The notes: generated from the sequence alone by a model not told the origin. A stretch of 64,000 nt of DNA from Marsupella aquatica (GCA_973895155.1 OZ316897.1:3504211-3568210), one strand, 5' to 3'. Counted from the stretch's first letter, positions 1 through 14,060 are shown. Made by a program: numbers and translations.

Positions 1-555
1 GTGAAGTGGATTATCAGGTACTTGAAGGGTACCGTGGATCATGGTCTTTTATTTGATGCGAATGCAAAGAATGCTAAATCATTGATTGGCTATGTTGATT
101 CTGACTATGGACAAGATTTGGACCGAAGGAGATCAACAACAGGATACGTGTTCACACTTGGCGGTGGATGCATAAGTTGGAGGTCTACTTTGCAGAAGTG
201 TATTGCTCAGTCTACTACAGAAGCGGAGTATGTTGCAGCTGCGGAAGCAGCAAAGGAAGCGATTTGGTTGGATAGACTTATCACTGAAATGGGATTGCCA
301 CAGGGGAATGTGAAGCTCCATTGTGATAGTCAAAGTGCGCTCCACCTTGCTGTGAACCAGGTGATGGACAGCAGAGTGAAGCACATTGACGTTAGGTACC
401 ATTTTATCAGGCAGGCTGTGTTTGATAATTTGTTTGAGCTAGTCAAGATTGATGGTAAACTCAACCCGGTTGATGCATTTACCAAAGTGATTCCTTTGGA
501 GAGTTTCTCTAGACACCGTGACGTATTGCAGGTTTTGCAATTGCATCACAAGTAG
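1..555 (+). CDS. Ty1/copia Pol polyprotein C-terminus (end of RT + RNase H), 5'-partial
   Basis: Copia RNase H motifs GYVDSDY..D..RRSTTGYVF, STTEAEYVA, LHCDSQSA, KHIDVRYHFIR, NPVDAFTK; stop at 553-555. Confidence 0.95.
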   Translation: MKWIIRYLKGTVDHGLLFDANAKNAKSLIGYVDSDYGQDLDRRRSTTGYVFTLGGGCISWRSTLQKCIAQSTTEAEYVAAAEAAKEAIWLDRLITEMGLPQGNVKLHCDSQSALHLAVNQVMDSRVKHIDVRYHFIRQAVFDNLFELVKIDGKLNPVDAFTKVIPLESFSRHRDVLQVLQLHHK

Positions 556-745
556 AGTTTTCTTAACATTCATTGTAATTACTGATATATGCTCTTCCTC
601 ATTCCTATGTATTAGGCTACGGCTTAGTTCTGGTTTGCTCTAGTTAGAGAGGGAAACCGGTTTGGTTTTTGTCAAGAACTTCCCGCTGAGGGATCATATA
701 CATTGGCAGTATTACTCTCCCCTAGACCAGAGTCAAGGGGAAGAT

Positions 746-1148
746 TGTTGGGTATTTACTCTTACGTCTAGGTTAGGTATGACGTGGTTGGTACAACAAC
801 GTGGGTTGGTACAACTACGTGATTAGGTACAACTATGTGGTTAGGTACAACTATGTGATTAGGTACAACTATGTGGTTAGGTACAACTAAGTTGCACACT
901 ATATCATAAGAGGCATGTGTGCTTGGAGAGGTAGAACCAAGGCTCATTGTTATGGAGCCACTTGAGAGATAGGGAGAGCTTACACTGTGGAGACTCGGTA
1001 TAGCCGACGGGCTGAGAGTTCAGTAAAGCTCTCTTGTGTGTTCCCGTGGACGTAGCCTCAAGGAGGTGAACCACGTATCTCTTGTGTCGACTATTGTGCG
1101 TTGGATGGTTCATGGGCTTGCCGTTGCGATCGTCGTCTATGCTCAACA
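746..1148 (+). mobile_element. 3' LTR (403 bp) of the copia element
   Basis: Preceded by the purine tract AGAGTCAAGGGGAAGA(T) (~729-745); begins TGTTG and ends CAACA; LINE reading frame resumes immediately after. Confidence 0.8.
774..890 (+). repeat. ~18-bp tandem repeat (TTAGGTACAACTATGTGG) x6-7 in the U3 part of the LTR
   Basis: Directly visible, upstream of a TATA-like sequence at ~900. Confidence 0.9.
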
Positions 1149-4100
1149 TGTGCTACAATTTGCCCAGCCAATGGTGTCAGGAGAGCTTCTCAGCACAGGA
1201 TGAACACGGCGCACCAACAACTGTTGCCATACCAAGAACGGATTTCCCATGTGTGGGCGGAGGAGGTGGAACGTTGTGACCGGACTGGTTTAACACCGGA
1301 TGTCACTCTCTCCCACTGCATCAAGATTGCTAGGAAGATTGATCATTGTTGGGGCAAGAGGAGGGCAAAGGAGAGACGCCTCAAGGAATCAATCCTGCGC
1401 GGCAACCTGTCCCAGGCACAGCGACACCTTGAATCACACACTCAGGACTGTCATGCGTAGGCGAATGTCAGGGAGGCTGAGGCCCTCATCCATGAGTTTG
1501 ATGCTGATCGAGTTCGGTGGATGGATTTTGTTATCCAATCAAGATGGATTGAAGATGGAGACAAGTGCTCCAGGCTCTTCTTTAAATCCTTCAAGGGCTT
1601 AGCGATGAACAATGAAATCCACCAACTCCTTGATAAGGACGAGCAGGTGGTGAAGGGTTGGCAGGAGATGGCTACGGTGGCCACTACTTTCTTCACGGAC
1701 ATCTTGGGTACATCTGCAGGTTGTCACCCGGATCATTTGACTCAGGTTCTTTCCATGCAGAATGAGACCATCTCTGTTGAAGATTGTGTAGACTTGAACC
1801 TTCCATTGACAGTGGAGGAATTGGGCAACGCTGCTTGGGCTCTTGCATCCAACAAATGTCCCGGCCCAGATGGAACCCCAGTCGAGTTTTTTGTGGCCCA
1901 CTGGCAAACAGTGGGACCCCTGCTACACAAAGTGATTCAACATGGCATGACTGAGGGCAATTTCAATTCTGAGTTCACTAGGGGATTTATTATTCTTCTA
2001 TGCAAGAAGAATGATCAGCGCCGGCCCACGAACAAGAGGCCCATCACCTTATTGAATGTGATTTACAAGATTGGAGCAAAGGCCTTGCAAATACGGCTCA
2101 TCCCTGTCCTGCAGCGGTTTATCACACCCCAACAATTTGCATTTCTACCCGGTCGTAACATTCATCACTCTCTGCTACTCCTAAATGAGCTCCTCCACCA
2201 TGCTGAATCCTCAGGGCTGCAATTCATTCTAATGAAATTAGACGTGGCTAAGGCCTTCGATAAACTTGAATGGGGATTCCTTCTGATGCTGATGGAAAAG
2301 GTAGGATTCGATGGGCTAATTTTGCAATTTCTTCGCACTAGCTTCTGTTCGGCCACATCTGCTGTCTCGCTCAATGGCAAAATGGCTGCCCCCTTTTCCT
2401 TGGAACGTTCGATGAGACAGGGCTGCCCACTCTCCCCCCTGTTGTTCATCATTGCCATTGATGCCCTTAGTAAGATATTTCTCAAGGCGGTGGACCAGGG
2501 GGATTTGGAAGGAGTTAGAATCCCTTCAATTGGGGTACACAATGTGCACAATTTCTTTGCCGATGATGTCGCACTGCTACTGAGGGCCAACATGAGATTT
2601 GTACAGTTCAGCCGTCAACAATTGCTTTCATTTGGATTGGCGTCTGGGCTTCACTGCATCTGAAAACAAACCAAGGCAGCTTTCGTACCATCTGGATCCA
2701 TACCTGCGGAATTCCAGGCCCTCCCATGGACTTGGGAGAATGATGCAAGTGCCTAAAAAATGCTTGGTATTCCCATGGCGCAACACATCTCTGAGCAGCA
2801 ACTAATCAAAACTATGTCGGATCGGCTGGAATCTCGACTTGACCGGATCCGTAAGAGATCTGAGTCCCTTATCGGTCGTGTCACTGTTGCTAACCACTTG
2901 ATCATGAGCACTATTTGGTACTTCCTCACAGTATGGGCCGGCCATCCGAAGACGTTGGATGCTTTACAGAAGAAGATCACCTCCTTTGTTTGGGCTGGTC
3001 AGAATGAGAAGGCCCGATCTCGGGTGGACCTTGCCACTATTACGAGATCCATGAGCCAGGGGGCTAGGGCTAATCTCTATTCCAGCACAGTTCAGAGCTC
3101 TTGCAGGTGGTTTTGTCGTTTGGGCTTTAGCTGAGGCAGATCACCCTCTCAGGAGAATCCTGCAAATGTACTTGTGGCAGCTATCAGGGAAGAAATGGGG
3201 TGTTCAGGACTTCACTTGGGTCTTCACACCCTGCTACACAATGCCGTCAGGAGGATCCAAGGTGTGGTCAAACATTTGCACCGGATGGAATGTGATCAAG
3301 AAGCACCTACGACCCTCCGCACCAGCACACCTGGAGGGATGGCGTAACCTGCCACTGTGGAGACCCCACCTCATCCATATTCAGGCTAACCAGGCAAAGT
3401 GCCTTTCAAACCCTCAGCGGCGGTTGCGTCAAGCTGGTTTGGTGGTTCTGAGCGATGTTCTCACCAATGATGGGGGATTCTTATCCTGGGAAGAGGGCCC
3501 TGGGCCCACGGAATTGTGCAATGGCATTCAGGAAATTGATTGCTAACCTCAGGTCTGTGCCAGAGCTTGACGACTGTAGGGAACAAACGGAACCATTGTT
3601 CATGGAAGCTACTCTCCCGGGTCAATCACATTGGATTTGGGAATTCAAGGTGCAGCGGAAACACATCACCTCGAATTGGCAACAATTTCAGGACACATCG
3701 AAGCCAGTGAACACATTCATGGTCCAGAATGGGTACCTCCACAAATCAGCACACTCTTCACCACCGGCCAACATTGTACTTTCTCGTGTGCTGATTAGGA
3801 CCTCCGGGGCCAATAACACTGTTAGGCAGCGCATTGGTAACCCCACTGGAGACCTCGCTATTCTCCTACAGTACCATTGGAGTGATGGTACACCATTCAT
3901 TGATACTTGTACTGCGCATCTCAGAAAGCTCCAGGGACATGCGAGGACTGGACTTCACAAGGCCTTGACTAAATGGGCTACACTGCTGCATTGGTGCCCA
4001 GCCCCCATGACACTATGGAGCAACACATGGATGCCTTTCAGGGCAGCATCAGAGAATTGCTACCTTTGGCAGCTTCTGTACCGGATTCCTGCAACGCAAC

Positions 4101-4964
4101 ATTGGCAGAACCCGCAGCTCCCAGTTCATGACAAGTCAACCTGGTGCACCCGGTGCAACTTGATGCAACAGGAGGACATAAGCCATTGCATTTGGAGCTG
4201 CCCAGTCTCCCAGGTCATTTGGAACTGGGCTCAGTACACTCTTTGCTTGGCTTCACACACTGGGAATACCACACTCAACTTACAACCGATTCACATTTTT
4301 GTAGGCGAGCCCCTACCTGAGGAGTGGGATGTACCAGGCAAGTTGTGGCATATCTTAAGGGCAGTTGTATGTTGGAACATCTGGAAGGATCGGAGTTCCC
4401 ACTTTATTGAACACACCAGATCGAACCCGCATGCTGTCATTCAGAAATCATGGCACCGGCTAGGAGTGTACCTGCGCAGGTACTGGGCCAAACATCGTGC
4501 TAGGATCCGCATAGGGAAGACCACCTCAGAGAGAGCTTATCAGGACATGTGTTTTGACTATGGGGCTCATGCAGGGTTGTGGACGCTACACATGGACAGG
4601 CTACAAGTCCCCCCGGTCCCACCCCGTCCACCATGAACTATAGTTGTTTCCAGGATTAGATTCTTCACTGCAGGCTAGACGATAGGAATGTAAGTCTATC
4701 ATGGACCCACTGAATGGAACCTTGCCGGAAGCTAAGCATTGGCCAGTCTCTTGGAGTGTGCTTCTCCTACTGCAGTAGTTAAATTCCTTATTTGGCTGCC
4801 CCTTGTCTTGGGGCCTAGTTTCTTTCCTGGCGCCGGCCTCACCGGCTTTCTTTTGCACTTCGACCTTTGGTCCTCCTGTGGTGTTGCCCTGGTGGCCACC
4901 TGTTTGTATGCTGTCTTTGTGAATGAAATTCAAAAAGATCTTTCAAGGCCAAAAAAAAAAAAAA
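1149..4964 (+). mobile_element. L1-clade LINE ORF2 (RT + zf-RVT), inactivated, with 3' UTR and poly(A)
   Basis: RWIEDGD..RLFF, KCPGPDG, RPITLLN..YKI, KLDVAKAFD, RQGCPLSPLLF, FADD, CTRC....ED..HCIWSCP; in-frame stops at 1458, 2661, 2754; frameshifts near 3060 and 3490; A14 tail at 4951-4964. Confidence 0.92.
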
Positions 4965-4980
4965 CTTGATGGAGCAAAAG

Positions 4981-6783
4981 ATTTGATGGGCCACTCTACA
5001 CTAGGTAAAGATATCCCTGACGGCCCCTCACTTTTCAAATATACTTGGCCCTGCAACCCTTCCTCATGCCCTGTATGATTATTTTTCCCTTTTTTAATTC
5101 TAACATCTTACGTACAGCTATGTATTTCAGTGTACTCCTTGGAAGTATTTTTCCATGTATTTTTGTTTGAAAATATTAACATACCCTTAGTACTTAGACT
5201 CTGTCACTCCTCTATTCATTTTATCCTTGTTTTTTTGGAAAAGGGGACAAAGCCCAAAACTTTATTGAAAGACACTGAAACCGTGCAATAAACAACTGTC
5301 TGATGGAAGGAGACAGGAAAACAAGGAAAATTAAGGGGGCTGGAGAAGGAGCACACCCATATGGAAAGAGAGGCACTAACCCCACAGTCCGCCGGAGAGG
5401 GAGGCAGATCAAGATAGTGGGAGGAAAACTAGGGATGGGAATACGTCACCTAAGATCGAGAATGTACTAGGAGAGAAACAAGAAAGACCACAAAGGAGAA
5501 TCCCAACCCGATAACCCACATTTTATCCTTATTTTGAAAGACTTTTGCACAGAACCTTATTTTCATTCACTAGGTTGCATTGATGAATTCAAGGTATAAG
5601 GGTATGTGTCTCTTTGATAGTACCCTCTTTGATAGTACCATGTAGACTAAAGTCTTGGTTGACTGTGATGTCTTTGTAAAACTGAAATAAGCAGAATTCA
5701 GGAGCAAAGGCTGCTTGTTTAACTTGTCAATGTCTTTATAGTTTTTATAGATTGGACTGGTGGTCATAGGGTGTGACAAGCAAAGACAATTTTTTTAGTG
5801 TCACTTTGAGAAAAATTTCAGGAGCGAAGCCGCTTGCTTAACTTGTCAATGTCTTTATAGTTTTTACAGATTGGACTGGTGGTCACAGAGTGTGACACTC
5901 AAAGTCAATTTTTTTAGTGTCACTTTGAGAAAATGTAGAGACGTGAATTGCAGTATGATTTTGATAGCTAATTTTGTGGTTGTTGCACCAAACATTTAAC
6001 TCAATTTTTTAAGGTCATTTAATTTCTTTTACATTTGTTACTATGTGCATGCTCTATGCTCATTTTTATGAATTCAATTGATGCCTTGTGAATTCAATTA
6101 ATGCCTTGTGTACTAACCCAAAGAATAAAAATTGTCTTTTGAGTGGCATTGTGTAAACTGCCCTAAATACTCTACCTAAGTGCTCACATCTAAAAAAAAC
6201 CTTTCACAAAAATAGCACCAAGGAAAAGCTCACGTCTGACGTGATTATTTCCAAAAAAACCTTAGGCAAAATAACATCAAAGAATTGTTTAAGTACCAGG
6301 TAATTTATTTGCAAAAAACAAAGTTTACAAAAAGAGCACCCAAAGAGCACCCAAAACCATTGGTTCACTTTACTAAAGTTCTGACAAGACTATACTTGGA
6401 GAAATACTTTCAAATATGAGTACTTCAAAAAATTGACAGGGAATAATTAAAGAGAGTAATTATTTACTTATCTTAAATACACATTACCTTGCAGAAGTGT
6501 TTCAAAACATGAATAAAATGAATATGAGAGTGAGAGAGGCTAAATACTTTGTACATAAATTATATATGTATTTTTAAGGAAGAATACACTGAAAATTACT
6601 TCTAGAGAGTACATCTGACGGACTGACTTAGATAAATTTATTTATTATTTTACAATTAAAAAGAAAAGAAAAATAATCACACAGGTCATGAGAAAGGGTT
6701 GCAAAGACAAGGGGCCCCACTAAGTCTATTTGAAAAGTGAGGGGCTCGTCCGGGATATCTTTACCTAGAGGGGCCAATCAAAT
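4981..6783. mobile_element. Non-autonomous DNA transposon with long (>110 bp) terminal inverted repeats (Mutator/foldback-like)
   Basis: Left end CTAGGTAAAGATATCCCTGACGGCCCCTCACTTTTCAAATA...TGCAACCCTTCCTCATG..CTGTATGATTATTTTT matches the reverse complement of ~6655-6783; AT-rich non-coding interior; no clear TSD. Confidence 0.75.
5696..5934 (+). repeat. ~120-bp tandem duplication
   Basis: Two near-identical copies starting (A)TTCAGGAGC at ~5696 and ~5816. Confidence 0.9.
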
Positions 6784-7034
6784 ATTTAGCTTACTGTACA
6801 TTGCAACATATGGATGTACAATATGGTTTAAATGAATATGAGAATCGTCATGTTGTTTGATGCATCGCCATTGGAGTATGTTAGTATTGTTAGGTTGGAC
6901 AGATATTAGCCGTGGCGTCCACAGAATCGTGCATTGGAAGTCGATCGTCCTCGGAAGTTGCAAATAGTATATAGCTCTGGTTGAACGGTCTAGGTTTTGT
7001 CTCGTAAATTTTCCCTTGTAACACTAATTAGAGC

Positions 7035-7545
7035 AACAGGAAAACGATTTGGGAAGGTCGCATGAGAACAGGAAAGTGATTTGGGAAGGTCGCATGAGAA
7101 CACGAGTCCCAGGTTGTAGAAAATAATTACGTTACTTAATCAAGATATCAACAGCAGTGAGATGGAAAATAATTACGTTCCTTAACCAAGATATCAACAG
7201 CACTTAGATGTACATGAAAGAAATCCGGATATTGCGGGAGCATATGTAAGCATTGTAGTATGTAAATGTGGCTGATTAGCCAACGTGGGATTTAGGACAA
7301 CACTTAGATGTACATGAAAGAAATCCGGATATTGCGGGAGCATATGTAAGCATTGTAGTATGTAAAGATATCAACAGCACTTAGATGTACATGAAAAAAA
7401 TTTGGACATTGCGGGAGCATATGTAAGCGTTAACGTAGGATTTAGGACAGCACTTAGATGTACATGAAAGAAATCTGGATATTTCGGGAACATATGTAAG
7501 CATTGTAGTATGTAAATGCGGCTGATCAGCCAACCTAGGATTTAA
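7035..7545 (+). repeat. Compound tandem repeats: 32-bp x2, then a ~70-100-bp unit (CACTTAGATGTACATGAAAGAAATCCGGATATTGCGGGAGCATATGTAAGC) x4
   Basis: Directly visible. Confidence 0.85.
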
Positions 7546-9336
7546 GTATCTCTTTTGATCCATCCATTATTTCCAGGTCTCTTTTCCTTGGACCTTCCCA
7601 TGGAGCTGTCCTATGAATATTTATTTCTGACTATTTATTGTGGAGCCCATCGTATTCTCATCTTACTATAAAAGCGCCAACTGAGGTCTACTTTTAAGAG
7701 CCTAGGTCTAGAGTGAAGCCTCTAAACCTTAACTCTATGACCATCATGTGTATGGGAAAAATTGGTGACATGACTATGATGTATGTCAATTGATATATGC
7801 AAAAATTTTGTGATATTTTTTAAGTATGTACATTAAAAAATTATGGCACTATGGCCCCACCACAACATAGTGCATAGAAGATGGATGTGCATACAAAACG
7901 ACTGATGTGTACATAAAAGAATATGGTATATTACATATGATTATTAAAATGATAAGTTTTTTATCATTTTATCAACTTTAAAAGAATATGAATAAATAAT
8001 ATTTTTATTCTACTCTCCACTATTCACGGGGCTAGTGGTTAGTAAAAACGGAATGCTCTCTTCACAGGTTGACCAAAGGTCGGCGTGCAGTGTGATGTCA
8101 AGGAGTAGCTCTACCCGACGTGATCACTGATACTGCAAACAACGTCAGCACCCAATTTGTGAAACGAGCTGTTTGACCGCGGGGATGCACGTCCGCCCAT
8201 GAAACCCACCCGAGGAGGATTGCAGTCTTTCAACTGAACGCTGCTTTGATGAGCTGTTGTGTAGTTCTTCTCATTTCTTCTCCCATTGAAAGACTGGTCA
8301 CCACCTAAGTGCATCGGAATTCAAAGCTTAAAAAACTTGGGTCGTCTGTGTGGAAAGTGCGTCTGGATCACTGATTAACGGTTCTGATCGAGGCAAAAGC
8401 CCAAGTTGAGTGCGAGAAAATCATAAGTGTCACAATGACGTCATCACTACTCCACATGATGTTCCATCTTAACTATCAGGTGAATCCAATCATAAGCAAC
8501 ATAAATACCACGCTAATCAGAAACAATCACCGGATAGCAGAAGAGAATCCATGCAACCAAACTGTCGAGATCTTCAATTCTCTACAAATTCTAAAGTGAT
8601 CTGCAGAACAATCATTTCACTTTGAAATTTTGACTTTGCTTCCTCTTCTCGGAAAAGGACCTCGACAGCGAACGTCTCTTCCTGAATTTGGAATGATACT
8701 TTTGAAGCGAGTCAATGATCACAATACGATTTGTTTCAGCAAGTTCAGTTGATGGCATTGGTTCTTCTCGTCCGTCAGCATTTAAGTTTGCTTCCCGTTC
8801 GTTGAGGTTTCGATGGTTTTCCCATCATTTGTATTTTTTTAACACGTTAAATGTAAACCCTGGTTCCTTTACAGACGATTGTTATGTGCATCGTCTGTAA
8901 ATTAAAAGGCAACTTTTATCCACACAGTCGCTCGCTCGTCTGTACTTTGGGAGGTTTTTTGTTTGGTTGCCTCTAGCGATTTCAAAGAATTACATTCCAC
9001 AAAACAACATACAGAAGGGGGCACAGAAGGATAACACCCAAAGTCATTTTGACAGGTATTGTGTCTGGTCCAAATTCCACTCTAACGGCAGCTACTACTA
9101 CATGGGGAATACTTCTCAGGCTGATGTGGTAGTAAACGAGTATCTGCCATACCTTCCCATTTGGTTGAAATTAATGCGGCCCAGAGCATATTGAGGACTC
9201 CAGTGATTATTGAATGTTTGGCAAAAGTCATCGAGATGCGACGGAATGAAGTGATACCATTTTGAGTTTGCCGTCATCAAAACGAGCAAGGGGCCCGAAA
9301 GTGACTAGGAGGGAGATGGGTCAGGGAATCGCAGAA

Positions 9337-9610
9337 AGGGAAACGTCTAAGAACAGTTGGAGACTTCGCAGTGGAGAAGTTCATGAAAAGAGACGAAGAC
9401 AGATGGCATTTTATTCGAAGGGCCGAGTGAGTAGGTGAAATGATTTGGTCTAACCGTGAGAAAGTCGAAAGTTAGGGAAACATCTAAGAACAGTTGGAGA
9501 CTTCGCAGTGGAGAAGTTCATGAAAAGAGACGAAGACAGATGGCTTTTTATTCGAAGGGCCGAGTGAGTAGGTGAAATGATTTGGTCTAACCGAGAGAAA
9601 GTCGAAAGTT
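9337..9610 (+). repeat. ~137-bp tandem duplication
   Basis: Two almost identical copies starting AGGGAAA..TCTAAGAACAGTTGGAGAC. Confidence 0.9.
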
Positions 9611-10961
9611 GAGTTTGACTGGATCTACTTTCTCTAGAGAGTGATTGTCAGATTGTCCCTCTGGACTTGCTGAAATATGAAGTTGATAAACCTGCAGACT
9701 TCAATTGCGTCACCATGATTTTGAGTTTCATGCAATCAATCTACTCTTTCTTATGGAAGATTGCTCAAGACTAAAATCCTTTCCAATTCAAGTGATTCTC
9801 GTCTTTCCTAGGCCCATTCTGTGTTCAAGTGGAACGAACTTATCGGGTCTTGCTTGACATGACCTGCACTCCTGCAGCTACCATCAGCTACCATTATTGG
9901 GGGCCAGCATCGCGGTCATCATGGTTTGAAACTTCGAATCCAGGAAGGGGAAGAGTTTGAACGACGCTCGCTGGGAAACTGTACTTTGTCGATATACGTT
10001 TCGCATTCTGGTTACTGTATTGTCATTCACAGTTGATAGAAAGCTCCATACACAGATAATCCATGCAAATAGAGCTTTCCTGTAAAACTCTCCCATTATC
10101 AATGCACCCTGTATTCTAATTTGTTAGGTTGTAACATTCGATACCACATGTTACCACGACCTTTGGTTTGCTAGGGTAACGCTGTTTGCAATAAGTGTTT
10201 GAAATGTCCAGGAATTTTTCGATTCGGAGGCGCCCTTTACTGGAAGTTTTGGGCATGAACCTATGTTGAGGTGGAGGACAGTTCGCTTTGCACGACATGC
10301 GGCAACTTACTCTTGTCCACGATTGGTCACTTCGAGAGGTGGAAATTTTTGTGAGGGTTCGAAATACTCGTGTGTCATTCGCGAGGTATCTCGATATTCC
10401 TATCCTATTCAATCATAACTTCCATCAAACTAGTTAAATTTGCTCTGTACAGACGATGAAACAACTTCACTGGTGAAAAGCTTCCACAAGAGCCTCCTTT
10501 ACGGTAACTTACTCTCTGAATTGGAACAAAGTTTTCCGCCAATCTCCCTAATTATTCCGGTCCAGGCAGGCTACTCCCCGTAACAGTCGATCCAAGTCGA
10601 TCCCGGTTTCACTTTAATTCCTTGGAATGAGCGCTTTGCCGATCGAGCAATCTGAGCAATAACATCAACCATTTGAGGCCTGTGAAGCAACTGGTTCCAG
10701 GTTTCTTTCGCTTTTCTTTCGCTTTTCTTTTGCGAAGAACCTCAATGGAAGCCTTGTGGAGAAATCTGGGCAATGTAACGTGGAGCGTTTGGGGCTTGTG
10801 ACGCAGTTCTGGATCATGCCGGTCCAGACACGCTCTTCTCCATCCAGGTTGCCGAGGTGACGAGTAGCCGTTTCAGACCGAGCCAATAATGATTGAACAT
10901 GCAGTCCGCATCCTTTGCCAAGCGCCAGCCTCCGCCAGAGAATTGCGCTCGGGCCCTGTAA

Positions 10962-11455
10962 GCGCGGGAGCCTCCATACCGCACGCACACAATTGTGAAC
11001 CACTCTACACTAAAAGTAGAATCAGCAGGACCAGTTCTCTAGAGTAGGGTTCAACCGAGCGAATCGGCACTAAAATTAAACAATGGTAGCACAACAAAAA
11101 GACTTGATCGGCCTCTCCAAGGAAACGAACGCTGACGAGACTACGTGAGGCTGCGTGCGGGAGCCTCCATACCGCACGCACACAACGGAGAGAGTGCGAA
11201 AAGCAGAACACGAAAAGCTCGTGCGGAAGCTTTCAAGGAGGAAAAAACAAAAAAAAACTCGTGCAGAAGCGTGATCGAGGTCTACAAATGTGAAAAGCTT
11301 TCAAGGAGGAAAAAAAAAAAAAAAACTCTTGCAGAAACGTGATCGAGGTCTACAAATGTGAAACCACTCTACACTAAAAGTAGAATCAGCAGGATCGGTT
11401 CTCTAGAGTAGGGTTCAACCTAGCGAATCTGCACTAAAAATAAATAATTATACAC
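10962..11455 (+). repeat. Local duplications; the second copy is interrupted by the LTR element and resumes at 15427
   Basis: ACCACTCTACACTAAAAGTAGAATCAGCAGGA at ~10999 and ~11363; continuation AGCACAACAAAAAGACTTGAT at ~11088 and 15427. Confidence 0.85.
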
Positions 11456-13514
11456 GGTTGAGGAATGATCTGGAAAATGATAATGAGATTCCTCTCTATA
11501 GAATGAATAGGTGCATCTCTATGTATAGTCTCCGTCCGAGTTATCCTATAGGATAACTATGGTTAAGGTAACCATGGAGTCTAGTTAGGGTATAACATTC
11601 CCCCTTGGCTATATAGTGATAGACAAAAAGTCTTCTAACTAGATTATCATGCTTATAAACATGGCATGATTTGAGTACAAATGAGGAAGGTACTGCCTCG
11701 TTAAAACCTTTAACAGCTCTAAAAAAACTCTATCAGGGTAACAAAGAAGAAAAAAAATATCTTGGCTCTAAAGGAAAAAGAGTACAGCCCTGTCGGTCCT
11801 CAAGTGTGTTGAACTAAGACGTCATTCGCAACGACCATACAACCATGACTTATTCCATGCACACGTAGTCGACACAATCTCTACGTGGTTCACCTCTTCT
11901 CCAAGGCTACGTCCACACGAACACTCAAGCTTTACTTCAAGAGTAAACGAACACACATGCTCTCCCTCTTCCTCAAGTTGCTACGTTACAAAATGAGTAA
12001 GCACCACTCACCAGCGGCTTACACTAGCCCATATACAAGGTCACACACGACTAACCTAACCTCAGCTAAGACCCTAACTGTGGTTAGCCTAAGTGCCGTA
12101 ACCTTTGAGTCACAAGACTAAGAGCAATCCTTAACAAAGTGAATCCGGTGGTATGTGGAGTTAACAGCAACAACTCCACTCCGTCAAAATGAACAAGTTG
12201 TCGTATGCTCAACGACTCAACAACAATGCGACATGTCTCCAAATCGCTCACCATCGCGCATACATGCGCACATACATCCTCGCATCGAATACAAATTAAA
12301 ACATATATGAAAAAATGATTAGTAATTAAGTTATTATCATAAAATTACTTGTCCGTGGCTCATCTGCGCATAGTGTAATTAAAAGTATAATAATAAATAA
12401 TGTCATCTCGTGCAACTGAGTGCGTAAAGTATGGGATGTAAAAGGTCCGAAAAATATGATCTCCCCCTCAAAACAAGGTTTCGAGGAATATATTATTCTC
12501 GTAAAACTCAAATATCGAAACTCTCCCTTAGAGTTCAAGGACTCCTAATTAGATTCTTAAATAGAAGGTTCTTGTGCAAAATGCACAATTCGCAAGCGTG
12601 TGTAGTCGACACACAAGGAAATCTCTCAATCTTAGATTTCAAAAACATGTAGTATCAAATAGTTTTTATGTGAAAAATAATCTGCAGCACCAAAGGGTGT
12701 GCATTCACAACACCAGCGGGTGTGTGTATAATATGGCACGTCTGCCCTGCACGTGAGCAGTTCTCATATTTTGACAAAAAGTGTCAAGTCAATATAACTT
12801 CACAAATAACCCTGTGGAATCCGAACATTCAGTCGAACGTCCATGTGTGTCATAGCACAGAGAAATGCTAGCTCAAAATGATTCGCTATCTTGCGGAGGT
12901 AAAGTGATATTCATAAACGTCAAACAACTCCGCATAAAAATAGTTTAGAGCTAGTGATAGTCAAAAGATCCCACTTAATGACCAAGTACCAAAATGTGCT
13001 CGTAGTGGGTAAATCAAGTGTGATTGGGGTTTGAGAAAATAAACTTTCTCCCCCTAAATATGCATTTTATGCATATATTATAGTTGAAACTAAGCTAGAA
13101 TTAAGTTGGACCGGACAAAGTTATGGGGTTTGCCCATATTAACCCCTCATTACTCATTCTGATTTGAGTTTACTTTGGGTTTCTAAATATTCGCAGTTAA
13201 ACCCCTAAAGGGTTATTGATTATCCGCTTTTGGATATGGCCGGAAATTAAGGTCATGGAACTAACCTGAAGTACTGTACCTTAGATTATTCTGGATCTTT
13301 CGTGAGAAACATATCTGTCATCGATCACTGGATCTCAGAAAATCTATACCTTACCAAAATACCTCAAAAACTAGGTCATAGAGCATGGTTAAAGGTATGG
13401 TATTAATTCTATACTTAAAAACTATCATCCCACCGAACAATGGCTATAAAAGCTCTCGTTGGAGTTGTTTATGGTGTAAAGACCATAAGGATAAGGCCCT
13501 TAAGTAAGATATTG

Positions 13515-14060
13515 CCCTAATGTAGGGTGTAAATGGGTGTAAACCCATGTCAATTGGTGTAAAAGTTGTAAATGGTCAATTTACACACACAAAGTGTATG
13601 GACCAAAGTTTACTCCCCCTGATGGTGTAAATTGGTGTAAACCAGTGTAAATGCTATAAGCAAGTGTAATCTGGTGTAACCAGTGTAAACAAGTATAAAC
13701 CCAATGTAAAGCATGGGATTATACAATGGTAAGACATACACCAGTGTAAACTGGTGTCATGAGGTATAATCTAGAATGGTATCATTAGGTGTAAACTAGG
13801 GGTGTAAATGGTGTAAAAACCATTTTGTGATTGAAGTGGGTGTAACAACCACTTTGTAAATGGAAAGTAGAGGTATTTGGTATAAAACCATTATTTACAA
13901 TGTGCAAAGTCAAGTAAGGGTGGTATGACATGTAAATATGTCAAATGCATGTAAAGCATGTGTTGCACATGTAAGGCATGTTAATGTATGCAAATTCAAC
14001 AAGTGACATGTAATTTCCCTAAACCAGTTGATGTGTTTACATGTGTAAATTGTTGTGTAA
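13515..14060. repeat. Low-complexity region rich in GTGTAA/TGTAAA inside the LTR element
   Basis: Many dispersed copies of (G)TGTAA(A). Confidence 0.7.

Noticed and set aside
1171-1186. ATGGTGTCAGGAGAGC as a Met PBS
   Set aside because: Not adjacent to the LTR end; it lies in the LINE coding frame
7190-7545. Repeat arrays here and at 53255-53545 as CRISPR
   Set aside because: No unique spacers, no cas genes, eukaryotic context; these are tandem repeats
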